In this document: one piece after another, positions 47,691 to 61,198 of the stretch | Numbering within the stretch: the stretch's first letter is position 1 | Layout of the letters: the number at the start of each line of letters is the position of its first letter | Assembly: GCA_016208765.1 (NCBI GenBank) | Contig: JACQXK010000032.1 | Span: forward strand, 118,385-182,384 | Direction of reading: 5' to 3' | DNA length: 64,000 nt | Origin: Candidatus Omnitrophota bacterium | Lineage (GTDB): Bacteria; Omnitrophota; Gorgyraeia; Gygaellales; Profunditerraquicolaceae | The notes under the pieces: model-generated | What the model saw: the letters and a program-made list of their open reading frames with translations, nothing else | Databases searched by the model: none | What the model was told of the DNA's origin: nothing | Position numbers and translations under genes: made by a program

Positions 47691-48281
47691 TTATTGACTG
47701 CCCGATGATCTATCCGTCTCTAACCTGGATTTGATCACCCTAGCAGGAGACCCAACTGCAATGGAATAAGCAGGGATATCCTTATTTACAAAACTATTTG
47801 CTCCAATCACGCTTCCCTTACCAATTTTAACGTTTCCTGCAATCACCACATGCGCTCCCAGCCAGCAATCATCCTCTATTATTACCGCCCCTTCACCACT
47901 AAGCGGCTGCTTAATCATCGGTTGATTTGTATCTAAAACACTGTGTTGTTGAGAAGTAATCACACAGTATGGCCCCAACATTACATTCTCTCCTAAGCTA
48001 ATCTGGGCTTTACCGGTAGCAAAAAGCATACACCCTGTATTTATCCAAGAACCTTGCCCGATAGAAATTAAATTCCAACCTTTAATTATCACCCCTGTAT
48101 GCGTATAAAACCTCCCGCAATTTTTGAGGCGTTTCTTATAAAATCTCCATCTAAATTCAGGGAAAATACCTTCTGACGGAAGATTCCTGATAAAATGCAC
48201 CCACAATGCAGCCCTATTCTCTGAATTAAATACTGAAAAATACAGCCTGATGTTATTTAATACGTTTTTAAATTTATTCAT
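47691..48281 (-). CDS. hexapeptide-repeat (LbH) acetyltransferase (WcaF/maltose O-acetyltransferase-like)
   Basis: Tandem hexapeptide repeats (ISLGENVMLGPYCVITS...IEDDCWLGAHVVIAGNVKIGKGSVIGANSFV). 196 aa. Confidence 0.8.
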   Translation of the reverse strand: MNKFKNVLNNIRLYFSVFNSENRAALWVHFIRNLPSEGIFPEFRWRFYKKRLKNCGRFYTHTGVIIKGWNLISIGQGSWINTGCMLFATGKAQISLGENVMLGPYCVITSQQHSVLDTNQPMIKQPLSGEGAVIIEDDCWLGAHVVIAGNVKIGKGSVIGANSFVNKDIPAYSIAVGSPARVIKSRLETDRSSGSQ

Positions 48282-49806
48282 GTGAGATTAGTTGATGTTG
48301 CATTGAGCGTTTTATGACCTGCTTATTCCAGTAATCATTAAGATAATTATTTACCTCTAAAGAATTTATTGCCTCTGCCTGAGATATATATTCCTGGGCC
48401 TTCTTAACATCATTAAAAACATAATTACATAAGCCTAATCCAAGGTAGGGCCAAAAACTTTGCCCATCTATTGACATAGCCTTTAAAAAATACTCCTTGG
48501 CTTTATTGAGCCTATCTGAATAATCATACCGCCAAGTAGCAAATCTAAGCATCCACAAACCAGTATAATTATATGCTTTAGATAAATTAACCGAACAAAG
48601 CCCGAATAATTTCTTAGCCTCGTCTTCAGATACTAAATTCAGACTCTTCCTTTCTTGGAATATCTCTAAGATTTTATCAGCAATTAACTGCGATATAAGA
48701 ATATAACCTTTAATATTAGGATGGTTGCCATCAATCATTAAGTCATATCCTACAAGACCATCTGCAGAATTATTTGTTAAATGATCCTCAGAATCAACCA
48801 CAAAAACATGCTCTTTGTTTAGCAAGCTTCTTAGAAAATCATTCTGGCCAGAAACAGCCCTCACAGGCATTGCATCAAAATCAACTGCTTTCTTAAAAGC
48901 CTGCTTAGCAACACTAAAATTATTCTGCTTTTGGTAACACTTTCCAAGCTGATAATGCGCTTCAGCAAAGTTGCTGCACAACGAAAGCGCCATAGAATAT
49001 AATTCTGCAGCTTTACTAAAATTATTAAAATCCAATTCTTTCTTGGCCAGTTCCATCAGGTTCTTCAGTTCATCCCTTTGGGCTGATGTTCCAGAGAAAA
49101 CCGAGCGATTCGGCTCAAAATCAGAAATATTTGATGCCAAGGTTGAGAAAATACCTACAACTTTATATTTACGCAACAAACTCTCCGCGCCCGCTACTCC
49201 TAACTTATATCTTGAAATTACCTCTTTATATTTCTTTTGTTCAAACAGCGGCTGATCAAAAAGACTCCTCTCTCCAAGCTCAAACCTGCGGACTTTTGAG
49301 CTTGGCACCAATCTATTAATTATTTTTCTTGCTAAAAAAGAATATTCATATAAAAATGCCAGGAAAATATTATTAAAGATCTCTTTGGCATATTCTTTAG
49401 TGTACCTTAAATACTCGTTGTGGCCCCCATAGAAGATACATAAAGATGGGTAGAAAATATTTTTATTCTTTAACACTACTCTTAGCCTTGTAAGATTATA
49501 GTGAAAATTTATTGCGCATTTACCAAGATTTACATAACAGACAGCCCGATTAAGCATTGAGTCACCTAACATGAAACTGACCAATTTAGGAATTGAAAGA
49601 GCTGGATCATAAGGCACCCCAACCATTGTTGATGAACCGAAATAATAAATATTAAAAGTATTCTCGGAAACTCCGCTTTTATCCGATAATTCTTTTATTT
49701 CTTTCTCCAATAACCAATCCTGCCTTTTTCTTAGAAAGAATTCCATAACAATTATTTCTGTCAAAAAGAAAATAAAAATCACCGGAATAAAATAATTATT
49801 AAACAT
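48274..49806 (-). CDS. membrane-anchored SGNH-hydrolase-like protein with TPR repeats
   Basis: N-terminal TM helix; candidate SGNH blocks (YYFGSSTMVG, YGGHNEY, MIDGNHPN = block V DGxHP) and TPR-like repeats (AEAHYQLGKCYQKQNNFSVAKQAFKKAVDFD). 510 aa. Confidence 0.45.
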   Translation of the reverse strand: MFNNYFIPVIFIFFLTEIIVMEFFLRKRQDWLLEKEIKELSDKSGVSENTFNIYYFGSSTMVGVPYDPALSIPKLVSFMLGDSMLNRAVCYVNLGKCAINFHYNLTRLRVVLKNKNIFYPSLCIFYGGHNEYLRYTKEYAKEIFNNIFLAFLYEYSFLARKIINRLVPSSKVRRFELGERSLFDQPLFEQKKYKEVISRYKLGVAGAESLLRKYKVVGIFSTLASNISDFEPNRSVFSGTSAQRDELKNLMELAKKELDFNNFSKAAELYSMALSLCSNFAEAHYQLGKCYQKQNNFSVAKQAFKKAVDFDAMPVRAVSGQNDFLRSLLNKEHVFVVDSEDHLTNNSADGLVGYDLMIDGNHPNIKGYILISQLIADKILEIFQERKSLNLVSEDEAKKLFGLCSVNLSKAYNYTGLWMLRFATWRYDYSDRLNKAKEYFLKAMSIDGQSFWPYLGLGLCNYVFNDVKKAQEYISQAEAINSLEVNNYLNDYWNKQVIKRSMQHQLISHE

Positions 49807-49842
49807 TTCTAAATTGTGCTCTATTTAATGAACTTTACCCAT

Positions 49843-50916
49843 CTATTTCTTTTTTGCGATAACAACAAAAAATCCGCCGTTTTTACTGCCTCCTGTTGAC
49901 ATGGCTATTTCAGAGAACAAAATCTCTAAGACGTGGCTTGGGGCTTCTGATAAAAAAGCGTTCTTAGAAACACCAGGGCTTCCAAAAAGCTTAAATCTTG
50001 GATAGCTTTTTACAAAAGAAAATCCGTAATCATTCAACCAGCCAAAAACTTCCCTGAGAGTATGCTTTGATTCCCTTGGGTGCTTATATTGATCGTAAAG
50101 CCAAATCTTTTTCTTTAAAGGGCTGATTTTCTTATCACCCAAAATCGGATCCAATGAATAAAAACGCTCACCGGTAAGTTTAAAAATAACCTGCCTAAAA
50201 TTAGTTATAAGCCTACCGTATTTATGATACAGGCCTATGAGAATATAACCTCCTGGTTTCACCAACCTTGATATTGCTCTAAAACCAGCCTTTGGATCTG
50301 CAGTATGATGCAGGACACCCTTAGAAATAACCAAATCAAAGGTATTTTCTTTAAAAGCCGGATAAAACAAATTCATTTGCAGAAAATGTGCGCCATCAAT
50401 TCCCGCCTTCTCTTTAAATTTTTGGCCCAACTTCAAAGAATTTACACAAATATCTGTTCCAATTACGCTTCTTCCTCTTAAAGAAAGAAAGTTAGTCAGC
50501 TGTCCAGTTCCACAACCACACTCAATAATCTTGGCCTCAAGAGGCACTGAAGCGTCTAATAATCTTTCAAACGGCCCTTCATTAAGACGCCTTGTTAAGC
50601 TATTCCCGTCACTTAAATTATCATAATTTGGAAAAGGATTTTCTTCATAGAATGATTTAACTGTATCTGTAGCTACGTCTCCGGCATTCCTGTCTTCTTC
50701 CTTATAGAATAAAGAAGGGATGTCATCAAAAAAACCATAAACATTATTACATGAATTACAAATAAACCCATTGTCCTTAAATATTATATCTTTTTGACAT
50801 TTAGGACAACATAGCAAATCAACATTCTCTTTAAAAAAACCAAAATTTACCATGATTAAGTTATTTCTAGATTTACCATAAGGTATAAATATTATCTTTG
50901 AGCTCATTTTCTTCAA
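49843..50916 (-). CDS. class I SAM-dependent methyltransferase with N-terminal Zn-ribbon
   Basis: CCPKCQKD...CNSCNN Zn-ribbon, motif I IIECGCGTGQL and VLHHT. The real start may be M22 (50853), since the first 21 codons overlap a small upstream ORF with a strong RBS. Confidence 0.7.
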   Translation of the reverse strand: MKKMSSKIIFIPYGKSRNNLIMVNFGFFKENVDLLCCPKCQKDIIFKDNGFICNSCNNVYGFFDDIPSLFYKEEDRNAGDVATDTVKSFYEENPFPNYDNLSDGNSLTRRLNEGPFERLLDASVPLEAKIIECGCGTGQLTNFLSLRGRSVIGTDICVNSLKLGQKFKEKAGIDGAHFLQMNLFYPAFKENTFDLVISKGVLHHTADPKAGFRAISRLVKPGGYILIGLYHKYGRLITNFRQVIFKLTGERFYSLDPILGDKKISPLKKKIWLYDQYKHPRESKHTLREVFGWLNDYGFSFVKSYPRFKLFGSPGVSKNAFLSEAPSHVLEILFSEIAMSTGGSKNGGFFVVIAKKK

Positions 50917-51007
50917 CTTTATCTTTTTTTGAAAGAAAATGAAAAATAATAAGTCCGCTAATTAACAACAATCCCAAAATTACAATTAACAAAGTCCATC
51001 CAGACAT
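50871..51007 (-). CDS. small (45 aa) single-TM protein, unannotated ORF
   Basis: Not in the ORF track. ATG at 51007..51005 preceded by GGAAGGAG 7 nt upstream. The ORF encodes MSGWTLLIVILGLLLISGLIIFHFLSKKDKVEENELKDNIYTLW: a hydrophobic helix followed by a charged tail. Confidence 0.4.
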
Positions 51008-51058
51008 AAATTTACTCCTTCCACTAAAAACTATCCCTCAAATCAATAAAAATAAATA

Positions 51059-53332
51059 TTAAAATATACTACTCAACCCGTTACTATCAATAACCTCAAC
51101 CCTAATTCGGTAGTTTCCCTTCTGCACTCCTCTTTCATCCGAAAGATCATCGTTGACCCAAGAAGAACCATTATAGAAACTTGATTTTGTACCATTACTG
51201 GCAAGCTTCACTTTACCAGAAACCCGATAATCTCCTTTTTCTAAATAATTATAAATGGATGTCTCAAAATCTGTCTTTGCAAAAAGAGGTCCTACAAAAT
51301 ATTCTTGATTATCAAGAATTGGGTAATCACCGTACATCTTTAAAACGCCTGCTTTTGTTTTGACATCCGGTTTATGCTCAAGCTCAATCTTAACATTTCC
51401 GCCTCTTTCTAACAAAGATAAATCTATGGGAATAGAAAACCACCTGCGCATCAAAGAAGAATCTTTTACAACATAATCGTAAGCGAAGAAATTATAACCC
51501 TTACCATCAATAGGCAATTTTCTGTTAAACCTCTTCACCTCCTGAGCGTTAACCGAAACAATCAATTCTCCAAAAGGAATAAAATCTTGTTGAAGATCAA
51601 TTAACAAATTGGCTCTTTTTGCTCCAATCAATTTGTCGCGGCCAATCACTATCTCCTGAGATACCTTTTTGCCTTTATCAAGGGTAATAAACCACTCTTG
51701 CCATGACCGGTTAAATCTAATCCCATCAGTATAAGCCCATGAATTAAAGATAAGAAGATAACATAATGAGCAAGAAATTAATACGGCAATTCTCTTTGCT
51801 TTGGATAAATTAGATAAAAGGATGCTCAGACCAAACAAAAACAAAATTACACTAATATTCTTTATTCCGAGATTAATTAAGAACGCTGTAAATGGCCTAA
51901 ACTTTCTAAAAAAGATCAGCAAAATAGGAACAGTTAAATATTGAGAAACTATATACAGACACAAGGCCGTAAACAACATTAACAAAGTTTTGTTTTTATT
52001 TTTATGGCGGAGCTTACAAAATAACTCCCATAAATAAAAACAAGTAACTATTGAAATTATAAACAACGAAGGAATAATAGGTAAAAGATAGCGCGGGTCT
52101 AAAACAATTAGGCTATTAATCAGCACCAAATAAAGAATAGGAATAGCTAAGAATATAGATAGAGGGGTCAAATAGCAGCTTAAAATCAGGCTCACAGGTA
52201 ATAAAAAGGCCAGAAACCTGAGAAATGAATCAAATAGAAAATTGGCTTGATCCGGCCACCAGAATATAGTTGAATTCCACCAATGATTAGCAATTTTAGA
52301 TAAATAAAGAGTAACAAAACCTGGGATATCTTTAGCAACTGCGCCCAAAAAAGCCTTGTAACAAATTAGATTTGGAGGATTTATCTGTCCACCCCAACTA
52401 AATCCTTGATTCTTTAACCAAGCGATTAATTGTGGGCCAAGATTAGCCCTATCCGCATCACTAAAATAAAACCAACCAACAACATCATTATTCATAGACA
52501 TGGCCAAATCACTTTTAACCAAAGAAAGTGGGCCGGAGAAATTATTTAACGTTGTTCCAAATTTATGCGATTCTAAAGAAGAAAAATAAGTCCAAATAAG
52601 AAATGGAATTAAAAAACCAGCAAAAATTAATATAATCTTGCCAGGCACGACTATCTTTTTCTTACTAAACTTAAAAAGCAAAGTGAGCCCAAGAAACAAG
52701 AAAATGTAAAGATGCATAAATGCCAAACGCCCGGTAGATAGTAAAAAAAGACTTATACCAGATAAAAAGAGGGTCACTCTTGAATTATCAAACAGCCCCC
52801 TAAGTAACAAGTATACCGTAACCACCAAAAGAAAAGTTACTATGGTTTCCTGCATAAGCAAAGACGCAAATTCTATAAAAGGCAGGTATATTACACACAA
52901 AAAAGCAGCAATAATACCGACCTTAAAACTGAATAAACGCCTGCCCAGCAGGAATACGATCACGCAGGTAAGAGAACTTAATAAAGCCTGGAAAATAAAT
53001 ATTGAAAAGAAGTTATTTTCACCGAATAGAATAAATAATAAAGCATAAAGCAAAGGCTGAATCAAACCTGTGCGGAAAACAGTTATTGGCGCAACAATCC
53101 CATATTTACTTAAAACATCCTGCCCGGAGCCGAGATTTCCTTTTAAAAGCTCGCGGAAAAATATCGGAAGCTTTGATAAAACACTATAAACCTCATTGGT
53201 TGAAGAAAGATACAGCTCTGGATCAGAACCAGGAAGTATCGTCTTCTGATAAGTAGAAAGTCCCGAGCCTAACCTAAATGATAACGCCAATAAGAAAATA
53301 ATAATTGGAAATAAAGTTTTTCTAAAACTCAT
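51059..53332 (-). CDS. GT-C superfamily membrane glycosyltransferase (ArnT/PMT-like) with large C-terminal extracytoplasmic domain
   Basis: 757 aa. The N-terminal roughly 500 aa has 12+ TM segments with a polyprenyl-P-sugar-utilising GT-C architecture. The C-terminal roughly 250 aa is a soluble domain. Confidence 0.55.
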   Translation of the reverse strand: MSFRKTLFPIIIFLLALSFRLGSGLSTYQKTILPGSDPELYLSSTNEVYSVLSKLPIFFRELLKGNLGSGQDVLSKYGIVAPITVFRTGLIQPLLYALLFILFGENNFFSIFIFQALLSSLTCVIVFLLGRRLFSFKVGIIAAFLCVIYLPFIEFASLLMQETIVTFLLVVTVYLLLRGLFDNSRVTLFLSGISLFLLSTGRLAFMHLYIFLFLGLTLLFKFSKKKIVVPGKIILIFAGFLIPFLIWTYFSSLESHKFGTTLNNFSGPLSLVKSDLAMSMNNDVVGWFYFSDADRANLGPQLIAWLKNQGFSWGGQINPPNLICYKAFLGAVAKDIPGFVTLYLSKIANHWWNSTIFWWPDQANFLFDSFLRFLAFLLPVSLILSCYLTPLSIFLAIPILYLVLINSLIVLDPRYLLPIIPSLFIISIVTCFYLWELFCKLRHKNKNKTLLMLFTALCLYIVSQYLTVPILLIFFRKFRPFTAFLINLGIKNISVILFLFGLSILLSNLSKAKRIAVLISCSLCYLLIFNSWAYTDGIRFNRSWQEWFITLDKGKKVSQEIVIGRDKLIGAKRANLLIDLQQDFIPFGELIVSVNAQEVKRFNRKLPIDGKGYNFFAYDYVVKDSSLMRRWFSIPIDLSLLERGGNVKIELEHKPDVKTKAGVLKMYGDYPILDNQEYFVGPLFAKTDFETSIYNYLEKGDYRVSGKVKLASNGTKSSFYNGSSWVNDDLSDERGVQKGNYRIRVEVIDSNGLSSIF

Positions 53333-53342
53333 CGCTAATCCT

Positions 53343-56407
<3,065 letters not shown>

Positions 56408-56409
56408 TT

Positions 56410-57150
56410 TTAATATTTTTGCGCATAAATCAATAGCGATCCTGCGATCTCCCTTAAAACCGGGATCTTCTCAATTACCTTTTCTATAAGACAAACAAAA
56501 CTAATTAGTCTTTGCGGAGTCACCGGATGAAGGAAATCAAAAGGAAAAACCGCTATATTAATAAACCCGCTTTTCTTAAGCTTGTTATTCAGATGCCATC
56601 TTACAAAGGCAGACTCACTGTCAACATCCCCACAAATCCGCTTTAAGAAAATAATATTCTTTACCAGGAATATTTGCGGATTAAGCATATTAGGTTCAGA
56701 AAAAACTAACTTTCCATTTTGCTTTAAAAGCATAAATATTCCTTTTAAGGCCGTATCAATGTTTAAATGATGCAGAATTGACACTCCTGTAATAGTATTA
56801 AATGAATTATCTTTAAAAGGCATAGCCTCAGCATCTGCGACAACAAAATATACATTTTTATTCTGAAGTTTACTTTTTGCTTGTTTTATTAAATCCAAAG
56901 AAATATCCATAGATACCAATTTCTTAATTCCTTTTTCCTGAAGACGAACAGTAAATTCACCCGTCCCACAACCTAACTCTAAGGCCACATCGGATAAAAC
57001 AAGCTCTCCTAATTTAAAAAGATAATTTGCCCTTCTTTGCGCTCTTTTTTCTCCGGCAATACCAGCCCATCCCCAAACTATCTCAGCACGATCTTTTATT
57101 TTTGCGCCGTGTGCAATCTCTAGGAATTTCTTATTAGAAATATCTTTCAT
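56410..57150 (-). CDS. class I SAM-dependent methyltransferase
   Basis: Motif I ALELGCGTGEFT and ILHHL. 246 aa. Confidence 0.7.
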   Translation of the reverse strand: MKDISNKKFLEIAHGAKIKDRAEIVWGWAGIAGEKRAQRRANYLFKLGELVLSDVALELGCGTGEFTVRLQEKGIKKLVSMDISLDLIKQAKSKLQNKNVYFVVADAEAMPFKDNSFNTITGVSILHHLNIDTALKGIFMLLKQNGKLVFSEPNMLNPQIFLVKNIIFLKRICGDVDSESAFVRWHLNNKLKKSGFINIAVFPFDFLHPVTPQRLISFVCLIEKVIEKIPVLREIAGSLLIYAQKY

Positions 57151-57172
57151 AGCATCCTTTATGCAGAAAAAA

Positions 57173-58771
57173 TCAAAAAGCCATCAAACATTCTATATTA
57201 TAAATCTTAATAAACCTTGTGCGCGGATCAGAAATTATCTTATTTATTGTCTTATGATTATATAAATCAGTTAAATGCACATACGAATTAGATAATGTAT
57301 TCTCAAAAACTGCTTCGGGCTTCAGAGAATTTGTTATTTCACCAATAAAACCTTGGCCATATTTTGAATAAAGCACATTATAATCTACCACTAATATTTT
57401 TATACCCGCTTGTTTAGTCATCTTCATCAATTCAGCTAAATTAGCCGGCCTTTCATAAGGTTTATAAGCTATCCTTCCGGCATAAGCGCGAAAAACTGCT
57501 TCATTATCTAAAACAAAAATGCTAGTATACCCTCTTTTATTTATATAACTAGCGGCCTCTTTATAACCAGAATATAAATGCGGCTTCTTATAAACATTAA
57601 AGAAGCCGTAACTTAATATGAGTAAAACTAATAAGTAAATAACCCGGATGTTTTTTACATTCATAAACAACCTGGCAATAATAATTGAGCTGAAAAATAA
57701 ACTGATAGAAACAGTCCTGCTTAAATTCTCTCCAGAATATGTCAACAAACTGAAGGCCAAAAAAGGCAAAATAGTTATTAAAAAAATGTAAATGTCTGCT
57801 TCCTTATTCTTCTTAAACACATCTATCGCTAACCTTATTATCCCGTAAAATAAAATTAGCGATAAAATCGGACCTTCAATTATCCAGAAATATTTTAAAA
57901 ATACCCAGCTGTTTTGAAATGAAAAGACCATAGGTTCTCCAGCAGCAAGCCTCTCAGATAGCTGCTGAAAATAAGTCCTGAAAGGAAGATACTTATTAAC
58001 CAAAAGCAGGATTTTATAAGGGGCCTGAAATGATACTATTGGAATAAGGCAAAAACTGATGAAAACAAAATTTCTTTTTACCAGGTTATAAAAATTAATT
58101 TTATGCATAGTAAGCCTTAAAAAATCAAAGAAAACTATGCTAAGCGGAAGGAATACCCACCTCCATTGGTTACAGGTAAAAGCATACCCAACGGCAAATC
58201 CTGAAAGCGCAAGAAAAAGCACACCTCTTCTTTGAATGCTTAGGAGATAACAATAAAAGCCTATAAGAAAAAATACTGCTCCTACCATTTCCGGCAGTGC
58301 TATAGTAGAATAATATATGTGGTAAGAAGATACAGCAGCTAAAGACGCTGAAATTAACCCTAACCATTTATTGTATAGATGTTGGGTAATTAAGAAAATC
58401 AAGAATATATTTATAATACCAAACATAACAGAAACAAGGATCAGCGTACGATCATTAACCCCAGCCGCAAGAGAGAACAAGAATAGCACTAAATTATATC
58501 CGGGCTTGCCGGTTATCAAGGGAATCCCATTAGTTTCTGATTTTAGCCTTCCAAAGTCTATTGCCTTATCAAGCCCGTTAATCATAATATATCTAAAGCC
58601 TTCGTTTAAGAATCTGGTCTCAGAAAAATACAATCCTTCATCATAATGAAACAACCCTCTGTCTTTAGCAGAATAACAACGAAAAAAATAACCGGAAATT
58701 AAGATTAATAATAGAAATATTAATACTACCCCATTACTTCCACTAAATGTTTTCTTATTCATCTGTATCAT
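57173..58771 (-). CDS. GT-C superfamily membrane glycosyltransferase (ArnT/PMT_2-like) with C-terminal periplasmic domain
   Basis: 532 aa. N-terminal polytopic region with an early acidic loop (HYDEGLY); C-terminal roughly 150-aa soluble domain. Confidence 0.5.
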   Translation of the reverse strand: MIQMNKKTFSGSNGVVLIFLLLILISGYFFRCYSAKDRGLFHYDEGLYFSETRFLNEGFRYIMINGLDKAIDFGRLKSETNGIPLITGKPGYNLVLFLFSLAAGVNDRTLILVSVMFGIINIFLIFLITQHLYNKWLGLISASLAAVSSYHIYYSTIALPEMVGAVFFLIGFYCYLLSIQRRGVLFLALSGFAVGYAFTCNQWRWVFLPLSIVFFDFLRLTMHKINFYNLVKRNFVFISFCLIPIVSFQAPYKILLLVNKYLPFRTYFQQLSERLAAGEPMVFSFQNSWVFLKYFWIIEGPILSLILFYGIIRLAIDVFKKNKEADIYIFLITILPFLAFSLLTYSGENLSRTVSISLFFSSIIIARLFMNVKNIRVIYLLVLLILSYGFFNVYKKPHLYSGYKEAASYINKRGYTSIFVLDNEAVFRAYAGRIAYKPYERPANLAELMKMTKQAGIKILVVDYNVLYSKYGQGFIGEITNSLKPEAVFENTLSNSYVHLTDLYNHKTINKIISDPRTRFIKIYNIECLMAF

Positions 58772-58785
58772 TCCATAAACAAATC

Positions 58786-59985
58786 CTAAGACGATTTCCT
58801 GTCTCTACCTATCAGGCTAAATTTCTCGCTGAATAATAATATTATTTTATAAAAAAACCCGTAAGTAATAATTTGCGCTCCTAGTAAAACTAGGAAACCT
58901 CCAACCAAAATATACACCCAATGAGTCAATATTTTACCTGCATGCACATATTCACTTATCGGACCAATATTTATCAAAACTCCAAACATGGACATAATAG
59001 CGCCTATTATCAAAAAACTTCTCGGGCAGAATAATGATTTAAGCCACCTACTTCTTACTTTCCCTAAGAAGATCTTCTGGCTATTCATTACCGCCGCCAT
59101 CTCGCTTCCTAAGAATCCTAATATTATGAAATTAAAGCCTACCAAACAAAAAACAACAATGGAAATTAACCTATAAATGAAATCTTCTTCTATCCTCCCA
59201 TAATATAAATAATAAAATATGGGCTTAAATGAATACATTATTGCAATACAAATTAAGAATATTCCGATACTTGAAAGAAATTTCAATGGTTTATAGAAAA
59301 GTATGGCTTCAAAAATAACCCTTAAGAAACGAATACCATCCTTGCATATACGTAATTTTGATGCCCCCACCCTCTCCTTATATGGCATAGGAATCTCAAT
59401 AATTTTTACTTCTTTATTCATTACTGCCTTACAACTCATGGCAGGAGTAAAATGCAAACCATCAGGCAAAGGATATAATTTTTCTAAGACACCCCTTTTA
59501 AAAACCCTCATACCGCTTGCCGAATCAATGATTTTAGAATTTCCGAAGAAATTAATTATAAAAGCAAATAATTTATTCCCAATCATCCTAATTTTAGGCA
59601 TTTGGCTATCCACGCCTAAACGAGACCCCAAAGCAATATCCGCATCCTGAACATGCAATACTTTAATTAATTCCAGAAAAAACAGCGGATCGCAGGTACC
59701 GTCTGCATCTATAAAACCTAACAAATCACCGCTTGCGTGTAAAAACCCTTCTTTTAAAGCAGTTCCATATCCTTTATTAATAGAATTATCAATTAAAATT
59801 ACTCCTAAATACCTTCGCACTATCTCAGGAGTATTATCCTTAGAACCATCATTAACTATAATTATTTCTACTTCATTGTATTTGGTTAATTTAACAATCC
59901 TGTCTTTAGCAGATAAAGTTCTTTCAATAGTATCTCCTATCGCCTTCTCCTCATTATAAGCTGGGATAATAATTGAAAATTTCAT
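58786..59985 (-). CDS. polyprenyl-phosphate glycosyltransferase, GT2 (ArnC/GtrB/DPM1-like) with C-terminal TM helices
   Basis: FSIIIPAYNEE, VNDGSKD, GYGTALKEGF and FIDADG blocks of DPM1-like GT2, then 4 predicted TM helices. 399 aa. Confidence 0.75.
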   Translation of the reverse strand: MKFSIIIPAYNEEKAIGDTIERTLSAKDRIVKLTKYNEVEIIIVNDGSKDNTPEIVRRYLGVILIDNSINKGYGTALKEGFLHASGDLLGFIDADGTCDPLFFLELIKVLHVQDADIALGSRLGVDSQMPKIRMIGNKLFAFIINFFGNSKIIDSASGMRVFKRGVLEKLYPLPDGLHFTPAMSCKAVMNKEVKIIEIPMPYKERVGASKLRICKDGIRFLRVIFEAILFYKPLKFLSSIGIFLICIAIMYSFKPIFYYLYYGRIEEDFIYRLISIVVFCLVGFNFIILGFLGSEMAAVMNSQKIFLGKVRSRWLKSLFCPRSFLIIGAIMSMFGVLINIGPISEYVHAGKILTHWVYILVGGFLVLLGAQIITYGFFYKIILLFSEKFSLIGRDRKSS

Positions 59986-59989
59986 TTTA

Positions 59990-61198
59990 TTATTTTTTGA
60001 CGAAGACTTTACCTTTCAGATAAACAAGAGCGCTTGCTGCAAATATAATCAAAAACGGCATTATTGGATATCTATATCTTATTGAAGAAATAGTAATTAA
60101 GGAAATTACATTTAAATAAATAATTAAAAAAAACAAAAGACAACTCTTGGCAAGACTATTTGAAAAGGCCAAAAATATACCCAAAACAGCTAAAATCATA
60201 ATTGGAACATATAACAGACTCATAAGCAGCTTATTAAGAAAACGCGCATCAGCATAAAATGGCCTCCACATATTTACCATTTTTCTCCAGCACAACCATA
60301 AAAATCTTTTTGGATTATGAGATATAAATTCAATTGCTTTTTTAGTCAATTCTCTATCCGACTCAACAGTAAAAAGCTTGCCAGAATCTTGTGGAACAAA
60401 CTGATCCTGCCCCCACTTGGTCCAACCGCCTGTTCCCCCTGTTGCTAAATGATTATTGCCTAGATAAAGAAAAAGCCCTGTTTCCAGTGTGCCAGGAATA
60501 AAAGTTTTATAAATAGTATAATTTCTAAAAGCCCAGGGGGAAATAACTAATGAAAACCCAACTAAAACAAACAATAAAGCTTTGATTAATTTATTAATTT
60601 TATTTGTATAGATGATTAACAACCAGATAAAAACAAAAACAATAAAGGGAAAAATGACACTCCTGCATAAAGCAGCAATCCCTAATAATAAAGTAGCTAC
60701 AAACAAATAGTTATTATTTCTAAGATTATAATAACGAAGATAAAAATATACACTACTTAGCAACAAAAAGGTAAAGAAGGATTCAGTAACTAAATAAGCG
60801 GGCATATAGATAAAAGGGTAGTAAATTACGCAAATTATGGCAGCAACTATTCCACACCTCTTATTAAAGGCTTCTAAGCCTATCAGATATACTAAAATAC
60901 AGCTGATAGCGCTAAGAGCGGATTGAATAAATCTTACCGCTACAAAAGAGTGGCCAAAAATAAAGTAAACAACCGCGAGAAAAAAAGGATACACCGGAAC
61001 TCTACGTGCATAAAGGCCATCATCAGTAACCATACCCTTGCCTTCTAAAAAGTTAACTGCTATCTGATCATAACTGCTTTCGTCAGCCGCATAGAAATTA
61101 TCAGATAACATCTGCCCATTATTATAAAAGAGCAAAAAACCCACCCGAAGCAATAAAGCAAAAGTAAATATTAATAACAAAAATCCTCTGCTTTTCAA
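59990..61198 (-). CDS. ArnT-like GT-C glycosyltransferase (PMT_2 family)
   Basis: 402 aa, polytopic. First periplasmic loop with AADESSYDQIA (DE motif) and RRVPVYPFF, typical of the ArnT/GT83-GT39 family. Confidence 0.6.
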   Translation of the reverse strand: MKSRGFLLLIFTFALLLRVGFLLFYNNGQMLSDNFYAADESSYDQIAVNFLEGKGMVTDDGLYARRVPVYPFFLAVVYFIFGHSFVAVRFIQSALSAISCILVYLIGLEAFNKRCGIVAAIICVIYYPFIYMPAYLVTESFFTFLLLSSVYFYLRYYNLRNNNYLFVATLLLGIAALCRSVIFPFIVFVFIWLLIIYTNKINKLIKALLFVLVGFSLVISPWAFRNYTIYKTFIPGTLETGLFLYLGNNHLATGGTGGWTKWGQDQFVPQDSGKLFTVESDRELTKKAIEFISHNPKRFLWLCWRKMVNMWRPFYADARFLNKLLMSLLYVPIMILAVLGIFLAFSNSLAKSCLLFFLIIYLNVISLITISSIRYRYPIMPFLIIFAASALVYLKGKVFVKK

